DNA from: Halarcobacter sp.
GTDB lineage: Bacteria; Campylobacterota; Campylobacteria; Campylobacterales; Arcobacteraceae
DNA length: 64,000 nt
Direction of reading: 5' to 3'
Assembly (NCBI GenBank): GCA_963676565.1
Contig: OY781089.1
Location: 2,560,001-2,624,000, forward strand
In this document: piece after piece, positions 49,147 to 58,106 of the stretch
Layout of the letters: every line of letters begins with the position of its first letter
How positions within the stretch are numbered: position 1 is the stretch's first letter
The notes under the pieces: generated by a model
Told to the model about the DNA's origin: nothing
Seen by the model: only the letters and a program-made list of their open reading frames with translations
The model's database searches: none
Position numbers and translations under genes: made by a program

Positions 49147-49550
49147 ACTAGTTTACTATTAATAATTTGGATTATTCCTTCAACATTATCCTTAAGTATA
49201 ATAGCTCGTTCAATAAATAAAGATACATCAGAATCAATTATATTTTCATCATCAATTAAAGTATTTTCAATTAGACCGGAAAAGTATGAGTGTATTTCAT
49301 GTATTAAACAATTTCTTTGATCTTTTAACATATTTAAAGCAGGAACAACATTCTTCAATGAATCATGTTTTTTTAATTTAAATATTAATCCACCTAATGT
49401 GCTTTCAATAAACTGTGAATTTTCATTATTTTCATCAAGAAATTTTTTAATTAAGCTTTCTAATTTTCCAGTAATTAAAATGACACGACCAAGTTCCATA
49501 CAAAATCTATCATTAGTATATAAAAGATTATAAAAATGTTTATTACTCAT
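49116..49550 (-). CDS. Gene cassette 2: hypothetical protein with HEPN-like RxxxxH motif
   Basis: TLGGLI..RNCLIH; the ORF reads into attC2 (..YNKSLERNI*); AGGAG RBS after GTTATGC. Confidence 0.68.
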   Translation of the reverse strand: MSNKHFYNLLYTNDRFCMELGRVILITGKLESLIKKFLDENNENSQFIESTLGGLIFKLKKHDSLKNVVPALNMLKDQRNCLIHEIHSYFSGLIENTLIDDENIIDSDVSLFIERAIILKDNVEGIIQIINSKLVYNKSLERNI

Positions 49551-49563
49551 TCAAACTCCTTAT

Positions 49564-49634
49564 GCATAACGTTTAAGGAGAGCAATATTTGACACAAGGG
49601 CGGGTCAAATATTGGTTCCTACGTTTTGTTAGTC
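49564..49634 (-). mobile_element. attC1, host-type (71 bp)
   Basis: GACTAAC-AAAAC-GTAGGAAC-CAATATTTGAC-ccgcccttgt-GTCAAATATTG-CTCTCCTTAAAC-GTTATGC. R'' contains the stop and is complementary to GTTAGTC at 50125-50119. Confidence 0.88.
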
Positions 49635-50105
49635 ATTTAGTTGACTCGCTGATTCTTCTATCGTCTTGATAGGGTCTTCCATAAATTTACAGGCTTTTGA
49701 AACTTTTAAATCTTCAATTATCTCAGATAAGTTTGGTTGTAGAACTTTACTAGACTCTTCAGCATATAACAAACACTTTTCTTCATCTGCTATTGTAATG
49801 AAATTTTCCAAAATTTTTATATTGTCTTGTGCTGGAGAAAATTTAAGAACAACAGCTTCAAATTTTTCATCTGTTTTATAAATCTGTATTTGAGAACCCC
49901 AGTTATCGTCTGATTTAAATTCTTCAACATCACCCCAACTATTATTAATTGGTAATAAAGAACGTATTGAATTCATGAAATTTGTTGAGGGGTTTGAAAA
50001 CTCTTCCCAAGCAAAATAATCATCTAGCGCACTTTGAAAATCAGTTTTATGCTTTTCTACAAACTCTTTAGGAATGATTTCAATATTATATTGAAAAATT
50101 GCCAT
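49629..50105 (-). CDS. Gene cassette 1: hypothetical protein
   Basis: 158-aa ORF between GTTAGTC entry site and attC1. Confidence 0.72.
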   Translation of the reverse strand: MAIFQYNIEIIPKEFVEKHKTDFQSALDDYFAWEEFSNPSTNFMNSIRSLLPINNSWGDVEEFKSDDNWGSQIQIYKTDEKFEAVVLKFSPAQDNIKILENFITIADEEKCLLYAEESSKVLQPNLSEIIEDLKVSKACKFMEDPIKTIEESASQLND

Positions 50106-50118
50106 TATTTATCCTAGT

Positions 50119-50201
50119 GACTAACTATTTATTGAATATAAATTATATAAATAAAGTACTTAAATACACTTATTTATTATATATTTATAATAATTATATA
50201 A
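50119..50201 (-). mobile_element. attI-like entry site of the cassette array
   Basis: G^TTAGTC core preceded by a non-palindromic AT-rich tract with direct repeats (TATTTATT x2, AATTATATAA x2) instead of an attC. Confidence 0.55.
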
Positions 50202-50323
50202 AATAATATTATTAGATATATATTGTGAAGAATAAATTTATTAAAGTATACTTCCAATAACTTAAAAGAGCTTGTCACATTAGTTTGGAGTGATTACCTA
50301 ACTTTGTCATAAATAGGGGGGGG

Positions 50324-50350
50324 GTAAGGACGTTTGTCCTTACTTTTTTT
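50324..50350. terminator. Hairpin GTAAGGAC-gttt-GTCCTTAC with T-run on + strand, preceded by a G-run
   Basis: Perfect 8-bp stem; abuts the stop of the 50349..51098 gene. Confidence 0.6.
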
Positions 50351-51098
50351 ATGAGTATAATTGAATAAACTTATTTTCTTGAAACTCCATTAAAATGCAT
50401 TTTGAAACTTTTAATTTTTCTAGTAAATCTTCTGGAGATATAGGTAAACAATTAAGATTTATTTTTTTAGTAACATTCATAATATTTATAAACTTTTTAT
50501 CTGTGGTTAAAAAATAATCTAATCCGTTCACTTCTGCACTCCATAAATGAAAAGCATCAGGTAGCTGTTTATCTGATAAACCTGAACATATCTCTTTAAA
50601 TCTTTCTATATTGTTAATAGATTTTTTTGTTAAGTTGGGATAACTACTAGTATTTCTTACTAAATTCTTTATATCAGCATTATTTAAAGAAAGCAAAAAT
50701 TTACAAAAGTCAATAACATTTTTGTTATCTATAAATTCAAGAAAATCCATACTTTGAAAGTAGCTTCTATCAATCGCTGGTTCAATAAATTTAATTGAGA
50801 CATTTTTTAAAAGATATCCTCTCTCTTCTAGGAAAGTTTTTTTCCAACCTTCAAATTTAACTTCATCATAAGAGAAGAAATGTATCTTATTCTCATAAAC
50901 TAAATTTACAATTGTTGGAATACACATAATTTGATTCCTTTTCCATTGATTATTATCATCTGGTAATGGTTTTCTAACATAGCCTAAAATATCATTAGTA
51001 AGTACTTGATTACCCCATTTAAGTGTTTTTTGAGAAATTTGATACTGTAATGTTTCACTTAAACTAAAAATACAATTATCTAAAAAAACTTTTATCAA
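50349..51098 (-). CDS. Hypothetical protein, PIN-like motifs
   Basis: VFLDNCI near the N-terminus and DAFHL..AE...LDYFLTTDKKF; TTG start after GAGG. Confidence 0.62.
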   Translation of the reverse strand: MIKVFLDNCIFSLSETLQYQISQKTLKWGNQVLTNDILGYVRKPLPDDNNQWKRNQIMCIPTIVNLVYENKIHFFSYDEVKFEGWKKTFLEERGYLLKNVSIKFIEPAIDRSYFQSMDFLEFIDNKNVIDFCKFLLSLNNADIKNLVRNTSSYPNLTKKSINNIERFKEICSGLSDKQLPDAFHLWSAEVNGLDYFLTTDKKFINIMNVTKKINLNCLPISPEDLLEKLKVSKCILMEFQENKFIQLYS

Positions 51099-51136
51099 TT
51101 ATTGACCTCTTAAAATAGTAGTTTGATTAAAATATA

Positions 51137-51241
51137 TTTTGTCGTAAGCTTGGTGTAGATTTTACCGAAGTCTAGCGAAGGTGTACTACTCGTACATCGA
51201 AGCTAGAATTCGGTGAAAGATGCGCCGAAATTACGGCAAAA
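51137..51241 (+). repeat. 105-nt imperfect palindrome (REP/ERIC/MITE-like or structured RNA)
   Basis: TTTTGTCGTAA/TTACGGCAAAA, TTGGTGTA/TGCGCCGA, TTTTACCGAA/TTCGGTGAAA, TCTAGC/GCTAGA, GGTGTAC/GTACATC nested stems. Confidence 0.7.
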
Positions 51242-51244
51242 AAA

Positions 51245-52780
51245 TTATTCCCACTCGATTGTTGCTGGTGGCTTAGAAGAGATATCATATACCACTCTAT
51301 TAATCCCATCAACTTCGTTAATAATTCTTCTAGAAATAGTTTCTAATACATCATGAGGGATATGTGCAAATGTAGCTGTCATACCATCTGTTGCTTCTAC
51401 AATTCTAACACATACAGTATTGTCATAAGTTCTATTATCACCCATAACACCAACTGATTTTACATTTAGAAGTACTGTAAATGCTTGCCATGTTTTATCA
51501 TATAATCCAGTTGCATGTAAAACATCTAGCATGATAACATCTGCTTTTCTAAGTAATTCTAAATCAGGTTTATTAACATCTCCCATCACTCTAATAGCAA
51601 GTCCAGGACCAGGGAAAGGATGTCTACCAATCATATCTTTTGGAAGTCCAAGTTCAAGTCCTAAAAGTCTTACTTCATCTTTGAAGATTTCTCTTAAAGG
51701 TTCAATTAACTCAAAAGTCATCCAATCTGGAAGTCCACCAACATTGTGATGTGACTTGATAGTTTTAGAAGGTCCTTTAACTGAAACAGACTCAATAACA
51801 TCTGTATAAAGTGTACCTTGTGCTAAGAACTCAATACCATCGTGTTTTTTTGCTTCTTTATCAAATACTTCAATAAAAGTTTCACCGATAATTTTTCTTT
51901 TTCTTTCAGGATCAGTTACTCCAGCTAATCTTTCAAGGAATAGTTCACTTGCATCAGCAGTAATAAGATTCACACCTCTTGCTTTAAACATAGCTTCAAC
52001 TTGTTCTCTTTCATTTGCTCTTAATAAACCATTATCAACAAATACAGGAATAAGTTGGTCTCCAATAGCTTCAGCTAAAAGTGTTGCAACAACAGAAGAG
52101 TCAACTCCTCCACTTACACCACATAATACTTTTTTATCTCCAACTTGGTCTTGGATTTTTTTGATTTGTTCTTTTGCAAATGAACCCATGTTCCATGTTG
52201 ATTCACAACCACAAACATGTTTTGCAAAGTTTTTAAGAATCTTAGCACCTTCAGCTGAGTGATAAACTTCTGGGTGAAATTGAAATGCATAAATATTTTC
52301 ATCTTCTTTTGCAATTGCTGCAAATGGAGAGTTTTCACTTGTTCCAATAACTTCAAAACCTTCTGCTAATTTGTCAACTTTATCTCCATGTGACATCCAA
52401 ACAGTTTGTCCATCAGTTGTGTCTTTGAAAATCGCACACTCTTTTTCAAAAGTAAGTTTTGCTTTCCCGTATTCATGATGATCTGCAGGGATTACTGAAC
52501 CACCATAAAATTGAGAGATAAGTTGCATACCATAACAAATACCCAAGATTGGAAGTCCAAGATTAAAAATCTCTTCATCAGGGTGATATGCATCTTGTGC
52601 ATATACTGAAGCAGGTCCACCACTTAAAATAATACCTTTTGGAGTTCTAGCTAAAATATCTTCGATTCTTTCACTATATGGTACAATCTCAGAGTAAACA
52701 CCAGCTTCTCTTAATTTTCTTGCGATAATTTGTGTATATTGACTACCAAAATCTAATACAACTATTGGTACATGTTTCAT
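51245..52780 (-). CDS. guaA: GMP synthase (glutamine-hydrolysing)
   Basis: [41 protein letters not shown]. Confidence 0.97.
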   Translation of the reverse strand: MKHVPIVVLDFGSQYTQIIARKLREAGVYSEIVPYSERIEDILARTPKGIILSGGPASVYAQDAYHPDEEIFNLGLPILGICYGMQLISQFYGGSVIPADHHEYGKAKLTFEKECAIFKDTTDGQTVWMSHGDKVDKLAEGFEVIGTSENSPFAAIAKEDENIYAFQFHPEVYHSAEGAKILKNFAKHVCGCESTWNMGSFAKEQIKKIQDQVGDKKVLCGVSGGVDSSVVATLLAEAIGDQLIPVFVDNGLLRANEREQVEAMFKARGVNLITADASELFLERLAGVTDPERKRKIIGETFIEVFDKEAKKHDGIEFLAQGTLYTDVIESVSVKGPSKTIKSHHNVGGLPDWMTFELIEPLREIFKDEVRLLGLELGLPKDMIGRHPFPGPGLAIRVMGDVNKPDLELLRKADVIMLDVLHATGLYDKTWQAFTVLLNVKSVGVMGDNRTYDNTVCVRIVEATDGMTATFAHIPHDVLETISRRIINEVDGINRVVYDISSKPPATIEWE

Positions 52781-52877
52781 TAAATAGATTCCTTATTTTC
52801 TAATTAGTATCCGCGATTATAACTAAAGAGTAATTTAATATTGATTAATAGAAAAATAAGTGAGTAAAAGAAGAGAA

Positions 52878-52904
52878 TGTAAAAGTGCAAAAAGCACTTT
52901 TACA
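52878..52904 (-). terminator. Terminator after nhaD
   Basis: TGTAAAAGTGC-aaaaa-GCACTTTTACA. Confidence 0.65.
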
Positions 52905-52911
52905 AATAAGA

Positions 52912-54306
52912 TTATCCTACGTGATAAAATCCTAAGATTTCGTATTGAACATACCAAATAGTAACAGAAGCAATATATCCAATAAGGATAGTCCATGCAT
53001 ATTTCATATGTGAACCAAATGTATAAATACCATGAAGTTTACCCATAACTCCAACACCTGCTGCTGAACCAAATGAGATCAATGAACCACCAACACCCGC
53101 TGTAAGTGTTACTAACATCCATTGGTCAAGACCCATTTCAGGAGATGCTTTAAGTACTGCTGACATAACAGGAACGTTATCAACGATTGCAGATAAGAAA
53201 CCAACACCAATATTTGACCAAGTTGGTCCTAATACTGATGGGTCATAAACTACAACTGCTAATGCTAACCATCCAATAAAGTATAATGCACCAACTGCAG
53301 CTAAAATACCAAAGAAGAACATTAATGTATTATTTTCAATTTTTGCCATTGAATGGAAGATATTAAAGTGGTCTTTACCATGTTTTCTTTTTAAACCATA
53401 AGAATAAACTTTAAGTAAAGAAAGACCAAACATCATACCCCACATAGCTGGTAAATGTAATACTTGGTGAGACATAACAGCACAGAAAATTGTGAATACA
53501 CCAAGTCCCATTACTACTTTTGCACCCTCTGCCATTTGTGGTTTAAGCTCTTTTGATGCATCAAAATCAGGTTTTGTTTCTGGAACAAATTTAGAAAGGA
53601 TAAATGCAGTAATTAAATATCCACCAATAGAAGATGGGAATAAAAATAAGAAATCAGTAAATGTACCCTTACCTGCAGTCCAAGCCATAAGTGTAGTAAT
53701 ATCTCCAAATGGTGACCAAGCACCACCTGCATTTGCTGCAACAACAATATTAATTGCACCAGGTACTAAGAAGTCTTTTCTTGTTTTTTCAATTGTTATT
53801 AATACAGTTGATAAAATAAGAGCAGTTGTTAAGTTATCTGCAATTGGAGAGATAAAGAATGCCAAAATACCAGTTACCCAGAAAAGTTTTCTATATGTAT
53901 AACCCTTTGAAACTAGATTATATTTTAAGCTATCAAATACTCCCATATGGATTAATGACTCAATATAAGTCATAGCAACAAATAAGAAGAAGAAAATTCC
54001 AGCAATTTCTAAAATCAAGTGTTGCGCTTCAGTGTGCACCAACCCTAAATCTAGACCATTTAACGCATAATATAGCGCAACTAGAATAAACATAAACGTA
54101 CCAATAAATAGTGCAGGCTTTGCCTTATCAATTTCGTACTTCTCCTCAGCAGCTACGAAATAGTAACCTACCACAAAAATAAATAGACAAGCGAATCCTA
54201 CCCAAGTCATAGTTAAATCAGGTGCAACTTCTGCCGTACCAGAAGCTCCACTCGCTGCTAACAGCGATAAAGATGATAAAAATAACATCATCAACAGTTT
54301 TAACAT
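52912..54306 (-). CDS. nhaD: Na+/H+ antiporter NhaD
   Basis: KAKPAL, SPIADNLTT, ANAGGAWSPFGDITTLM, SAIVDNVP, GSAAGV. Confidence 0.92.
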   Translation of the reverse strand: MLKLLMMLFLSSLSLLAASGASGTAEVAPDLTMTWVGFACLFIFVVGYYFVAAEEKYEIDKAKPALFIGTFMFILVALYYALNGLDLGLVHTEAQHLILEIAGIFFFLFVAMTYIESLIHMGVFDSLKYNLVSKGYTYRKLFWVTGILAFFISPIADNLTTALILSTVLITIEKTRKDFLVPGAINIVVAANAGGAWSPFGDITTLMAWTAGKGTFTDFLFLFPSSIGGYLITAFILSKFVPETKPDFDASKELKPQMAEGAKVVMGLGVFTIFCAVMSHQVLHLPAMWGMMFGLSLLKVYSYGLKRKHGKDHFNIFHSMAKIENNTLMFFFGILAAVGALYFIGWLALAVVVYDPSVLGPTWSNIGVGFLSAIVDNVPVMSAVLKASPEMGLDQWMLVTLTAGVGGSLISFGSAAGVGVMGKLHGIYTFGSHMKYAWTILIGYIASVTIWYVQYEILGFYHVG

Positions 54307-55760
54307 TTTTTCTCCTTAATAAAATGTGCTCCAAGTGATTTTTTTCTTTCAATTGCAGCTTTTAGAATAGATTTTGCCGTAAGCAACCTTAAATAAAGCA
54401 GTCTACCAATGTTTTCATTAAAAAAATTATTAATTTCTTCTAAGGCTTTTTTTAGTGCTTCTTCATCTCTTACTATTCCAGCATTTTCCCACATAAGTTG
54501 TCTAACTCTCTCTTTTATGGGCTTATCAGCCTCTTTGTTACGAACATATGACCGTATGCTTTTATCATAATTTAGAGCTTCAATTTTAAAATTTTCTTTC
54601 ATTGAAATATCAACTGCAATTTTTGAATAAACTACACCTTCAAGTAAAGAATTTGATGCTAATCTGTTTGCTCCATGCAATCCTGTGCATGCACATTCAC
54701 CAATTGCATACAAGTTTTTCATCCCTTTAACTTTTGCATCAACATTTGTTGCAATTCCACCCATAGAATAGTGAAATGCAGGAGAGATAGGAACTCTTTC
54801 AAAGGGTAAGTCATAACCAAACTGTTTTAGGTTTTCATAAATATTAGGGAATCTTTTTCTAAATGAGTTTTTTTCAAAACTATCAAAAGAAAGATAAATT
54901 CCTAATCCAGTCTTACTATGGTAATCATAAATTGATCTACTTACAACATCTCTTGGTGCTAATTCACCATCAGGGTGATATTCAAATAAAAATCTATTAT
55001 TGTTTTCATCTACAATATGAGCACCCTCACCCCTTAGTGCTTCACTAAGTAATGATTTTCTTGCAAAAGAGGTACCTTTAAATACTGTGGGATGAAATTG
55101 CATCATCTCCATATCTTTTAGCTCAAAGCCCTTTTCAGCACAAATACCTTGTATCTCACCTGCAATTGCTGTTGAGTTTGTATGATATTTATAAATTGAG
55201 CCAATACCACCACTTGCTAATATTGTATTATGAGCATATACAACTTTTTGTTCAGTTTCACTAACATAATATTGAACCCCATAACAAACATCATCTTTAA
55301 TTAAAAGATCATTTACAACACAATTCGTTTCAATTTCATGTTGGCAAGTTCCCATCAAAAACAGATGAATCATTCTTCCAGTGGCATCACCGTCAGCGTG
55401 TAAGATTCTGTTTCTACTGTGAGCTGCTTCTTTTGTAAAGGCTAAGTCACCTTTGTTGTTTAAGTCAAATTGCATTCCAGCAGCAATCATATCATCAACA
55501 CAAGCCCTTGAGTTTTCACTTAAAACTTCAACAGCATTTATGTTGTTGTGATTAACTCCTGCAACTAAAGTATCTTTTATATGCGCAGGGATATCTTCTT
55601 TATCAACTGCAGTTGCGATACCACCCTGTGCATAAAAAGTATTACATTCCCAAGGAACTTTTTTACAAAGCACCAATACTTTTTTATCCTTTGGTATTAG
55701 CCTTGCTGCATTTAATCCAGCAACACCTGAACCAACTATAATGTAATCATATATATTCAT
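54300..55760 (-). CDS. nadB: L-aspartate oxidase
   Basis: GSGVAGL, AQGGIA, EAAHS..RILH, QFHPT, SEALRGEG, HYSMGG, HGANRLASNSLLE. Confidence 0.92.
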   Translation of the reverse strand: MNIYDYIIVGSGVAGLNAARLIPKDKKVLVLCKKVPWECNTFYAQGGIATAVDKEDIPAHIKDTLVAGVNHNNINAVEVLSENSRACVDDMIAAGMQFDLNNKGDLAFTKEAAHSRNRILHADGDATGRMIHLFLMGTCQHEIETNCVVNDLLIKDDVCYGVQYYVSETEQKVVYAHNTILASGGIGSIYKYHTNSTAIAGEIQGICAEKGFELKDMEMMQFHPTVFKGTSFARKSLLSEALRGEGAHIVDENNNRFLFEYHPDGELAPRDVVSRSIYDYHSKTGLGIYLSFDSFEKNSFRKRFPNIYENLKQFGYDLPFERVPISPAFHYSMGGIATNVDAKVKGMKNLYAIGECACTGLHGANRLASNSLLEGVVYSKIAVDISMKENFKIEALNYDKSIRSYVRNKEADKPIKERVRQLMWENAGIVRDEEALKKALEEINNFFNENIGRLLYLRLLTAKSILKAAIERKKSLGAHFIKEKKC

Positions 55761-55855
55761 TATTTTGAAATTTCCTTATTGTCCTCAACATAAACGGGAG
55801 GTGCCTTATAACCACACCCACTAAAAGATAATATAAATCCTGCTATAATAATTGC

Positions 55856-56272
55856 ATGAAAAAAGTTAATGAAATTCTTAGTCATCTTAAAAATAATCCT
55901 GAATTCAGGAAGATTAATACACAAGCCACAATAATAAAATTTATTGAGCTTTTACCAGACAAATTAAAAAAAGGTGTTAAATTTGCCTATATAAAAAGAG
56001 AAATACTCTTTTTTGTACTTTCTCATCCTGTTTATAAAATGGAGTTTGAGTATAACAAGAGTTTAATAAATGACTTATTAAAACAAGCACGTATAGCAAA
56101 TGTCCAAGAATTAAGGTTTTTCGTTACTAATAAAATTGAAAAAAAGAAAAAAACAGAAGTTATTCCAATGACATTTAAAGAAAGATCATATGGTATATTT
56201 GAAAATAAAATCACAAATGAAAAACTTCATGCAAAAGTTGAAGAAATAAGAAAACTTATAAAAAACTCTTAA
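55856..56272 (+). CDS. DUF721/DciA-like hypothetical protein
   Basis: L.F.LSHPV.KMEF.Y pattern; C-terminal F.ERS.G.FEN. Confidence 0.55.
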   Translation: MKKVNEILSHLKNNPEFRKINTQATIIKFIELLPDKLKKGVKFAYIKREILFFVLSHPVYKMEFEYNKSLINDLLKQARIANVQELRFFVTNKIEKKKKTEVIPMTFKERSYGIFENKITNEKLHAKVEEIRKLIKNS

Positions 56273-56843
56273 GTAGTTTTTCCCTTTGCTTATAATCAGG
56301 ACAATATTCTTCAACTAAATTCCAAAACTTTTTAGAATGATTTTTATGCTTTATATGAGCTAATTCGTGAATTACAACATACTCAATAACCTCAATTGGA
56401 AACTTCACAAGTAAGGTGTTAAAATTTAATCCATTCTTATAATTGCAACTTCCCCAAGTTCTTTTGTTTTTTCTATACTTTAAACTAGTTGGAAAAAGAC
56501 TCATAATATTTGAATATCTTTCAACTATTGGAGGTATTATCTTTTTTGCTTCATTTTTATAAAAAATATCAATATCCCTTAGATCTAGATTTTTATGCTT
56601 TAGCCCTAGGAAATAAAATTCATTATCTTCTAAACTGTTTTTTTCAAACTTTAAAATAGAATTTTCTATCCATTTTTGTTTTCTTTCCAAAAGATTTATT
56701 GCATCCTCTTTTGTGAAATAATAATTTGTGTTAATTTGTATCATTTGGGAAGATTTTACCCTTAAATAAGTATTTTTCATACCCTTTTTTTTTACTACTT
56801 TAATCAATAGTGTTTTATTGTTGAATATAAGTTCAAATTTCAA
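56256..56843 (-). CDS. YgjP-like (DUF45) zinc metallopeptidase
   Basis: K..WGSC, YVVIHELAH..HKNHS..FW; TTG start. Confidence 0.85.
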   Translation of the reverse strand: MKFELIFNNKTLLIKVVKKKGMKNTYLRVKSSQMIQINTNYYFTKEDAINLLERKQKWIENSILKFEKNSLEDNEFYFLGLKHKNLDLRDIDIFYKNEAKKIIPPIVERYSNIMSLFPTSLKYRKNKRTWGSCNYKNGLNFNTLLVKFPIEVIEYVVIHELAHIKHKNHSKKFWNLVEEYCPDYKQREKLLKSFL

Positions 56844-56934
56844 TTAATTCCTTAAGTATAATATAGATATAATCCGTGCCAATATTAGTTGCAAACTATA
56901 TTAACATATTGAAAATTATTCAGAGGATAAGTGA

Positions 56935-58101
56935 ATGAAAATTGCAAAAAGAATGGAGAATTTATCTCCGTCGGTTACAATGGCTATTACTGCGTTAGGG
57001 AGAGAACTAAAAGCGCAAGGTAGAGACATTTTAAGTTTTAGTGCTGGTGAGCCAGATTTTGATACTCCACAAGTTATTAAAGATGCTGCAAAAAAAGCAA
57101 TCGATGATGGACACACTAAATACACAGCAGTAGAGGGAACTATTGCAACCAAACAAGCAATTATCAATAAGTTAAAAAAGGATCATGGTTTAGATTATGA
57201 ATTAGGTGATATTGTTGTTAGTAATGGTGCAAAACACTCGCTGTTTAATCTTTGCCAATTATTAATTGAAGAGGGAGACGAAGTAATCATCCCTGCACCT
57301 TACTGGGTTACATATCCAGAGCAAGTTAAATTCTCAAATGGAACACCAGTAATTATTGAAACTAATGATTCAACAGAATTTAAAATAACAGCTGAACAAT
57401 TAAAAGCGGCTATCACACCAAATACAAGAGCCTTAATTTTAAATACACCTTCAAACCCAACAGGTGGTGTTTATACAAAAGAGGAATTAATCGCTATTGG
57501 AAAAGTATTAGAAGGTACTGATGTTCTAGTATGGTCTGATGAAATGTATGAAAAAATTATGTATGATGGAAAAGTATTCACTTCAGCAGCAAGCGTAAGT
57601 GAAGATATGTACCAAAGAACAATCACTATTAATGGTATTTCTAAAGCAGTTGCTATGACTGGATGGAGATATGGATATATAGCAACTCCTAAAAAAGATT
57701 TAGTAAAAGCTATGATTAAACTTCAAGGGCAAGTTACGTCAAACGTAAACTCTATAACACTTCAAGCAGCTGTAGCTGCTTTAGATGGAAGTGCAGATGC
57801 TGATATTGAAATGATGAGAGTTGAATTTGAAAAAAGAAGAGATGTTGCAATTGAACAATTTAATGCAATCAAAGGTTTATCTTGTGTTAAACCAGATGGA
57901 GCATTTTACCTTTTTGTAAATATCAAAGAAGCTTGTGATGATTCTTTAAAATTTGCTGCTGATCTTTTATCAGAAAAAGGTGTTGCAGTAGTTCCTGGTG
58001 ACGCTTTTGGTCTTCCAGGTTACTTTAGATTCTCTTTTGCTACAGACTTAGCAAGTATTGAAGAGGGAATTAGAAGAATTAAAGATTTTGTGGAAAAATA
58101 A
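56935..58101 (+). CDS. aspC: PLP-dependent aspartate aminotransferase (class I/II)
   Basis: GEPDFDTP, NTPSNPTG, DEMY, SKAVAMTGWRYG. Confidence 0.88.
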   Translation: MKIAKRMENLSPSVTMAITALGRELKAQGRDILSFSAGEPDFDTPQVIKDAAKKAIDDGHTKYTAVEGTIATKQAIINKLKKDHGLDYELGDIVVSNGAKHSLFNLCQLLIEEGDEVIIPAPYWVTYPEQVKFSNGTPVIIETNDSTEFKITAEQLKAAITPNTRALILNTPSNPTGGVYTKEELIAIGKVLEGTDVLVWSDEMYEKIMYDGKVFTSAASVSEDMYQRTITINGISKAVAMTGWRYGYIATPKKDLVKAMIKLQGQVTSNVNSITLQAAVAALDGSADADIEMMRVEFEKRRDVAIEQFNAIKGLSCVKPDGAFYLFVNIKEACDDSLKFAADLLSEKGVAVVPGDAFGLPGYFRFSFATDLASIEEGIRRIKDFVEK

Positions 58102-58106
58102 GAGTT

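Noticed and set aside
46586..49634. CRISPR interpretation of the recurring palindromes
   Set aside because: The repeats are non-identical, separated by whole genes and have attC ends; no cas genes.
50287..50314. ATTTATGACAA-AGTTAG-GTAATCACTCC (minus) as a dif-like site
   Set aside because: Only superficial 11-6-11 resemblance; arms match XerC/D or XerH sites poorly.
51245..51260. guaA 3'-end direct repeat (attL/attR of a genomic island)
   Set aside because: No second copy of TTATTCCCACTC was seen in the accessory region by eye.
56865..56882. TGGCACG on the minus strand as a sigma54 promoter
   Set aside because: No GC at the -12 position.
898..57167. Numerous 60-136 aa antisense ORFs in the track (e.g. 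898..1179, 6562..6822, 13735..14046, 23492..23890, 53492..53902, 56916..57167)
   Set aside because: Fully overlap well-supported genes on the opposite strand; no RBS or recognisable motifs.
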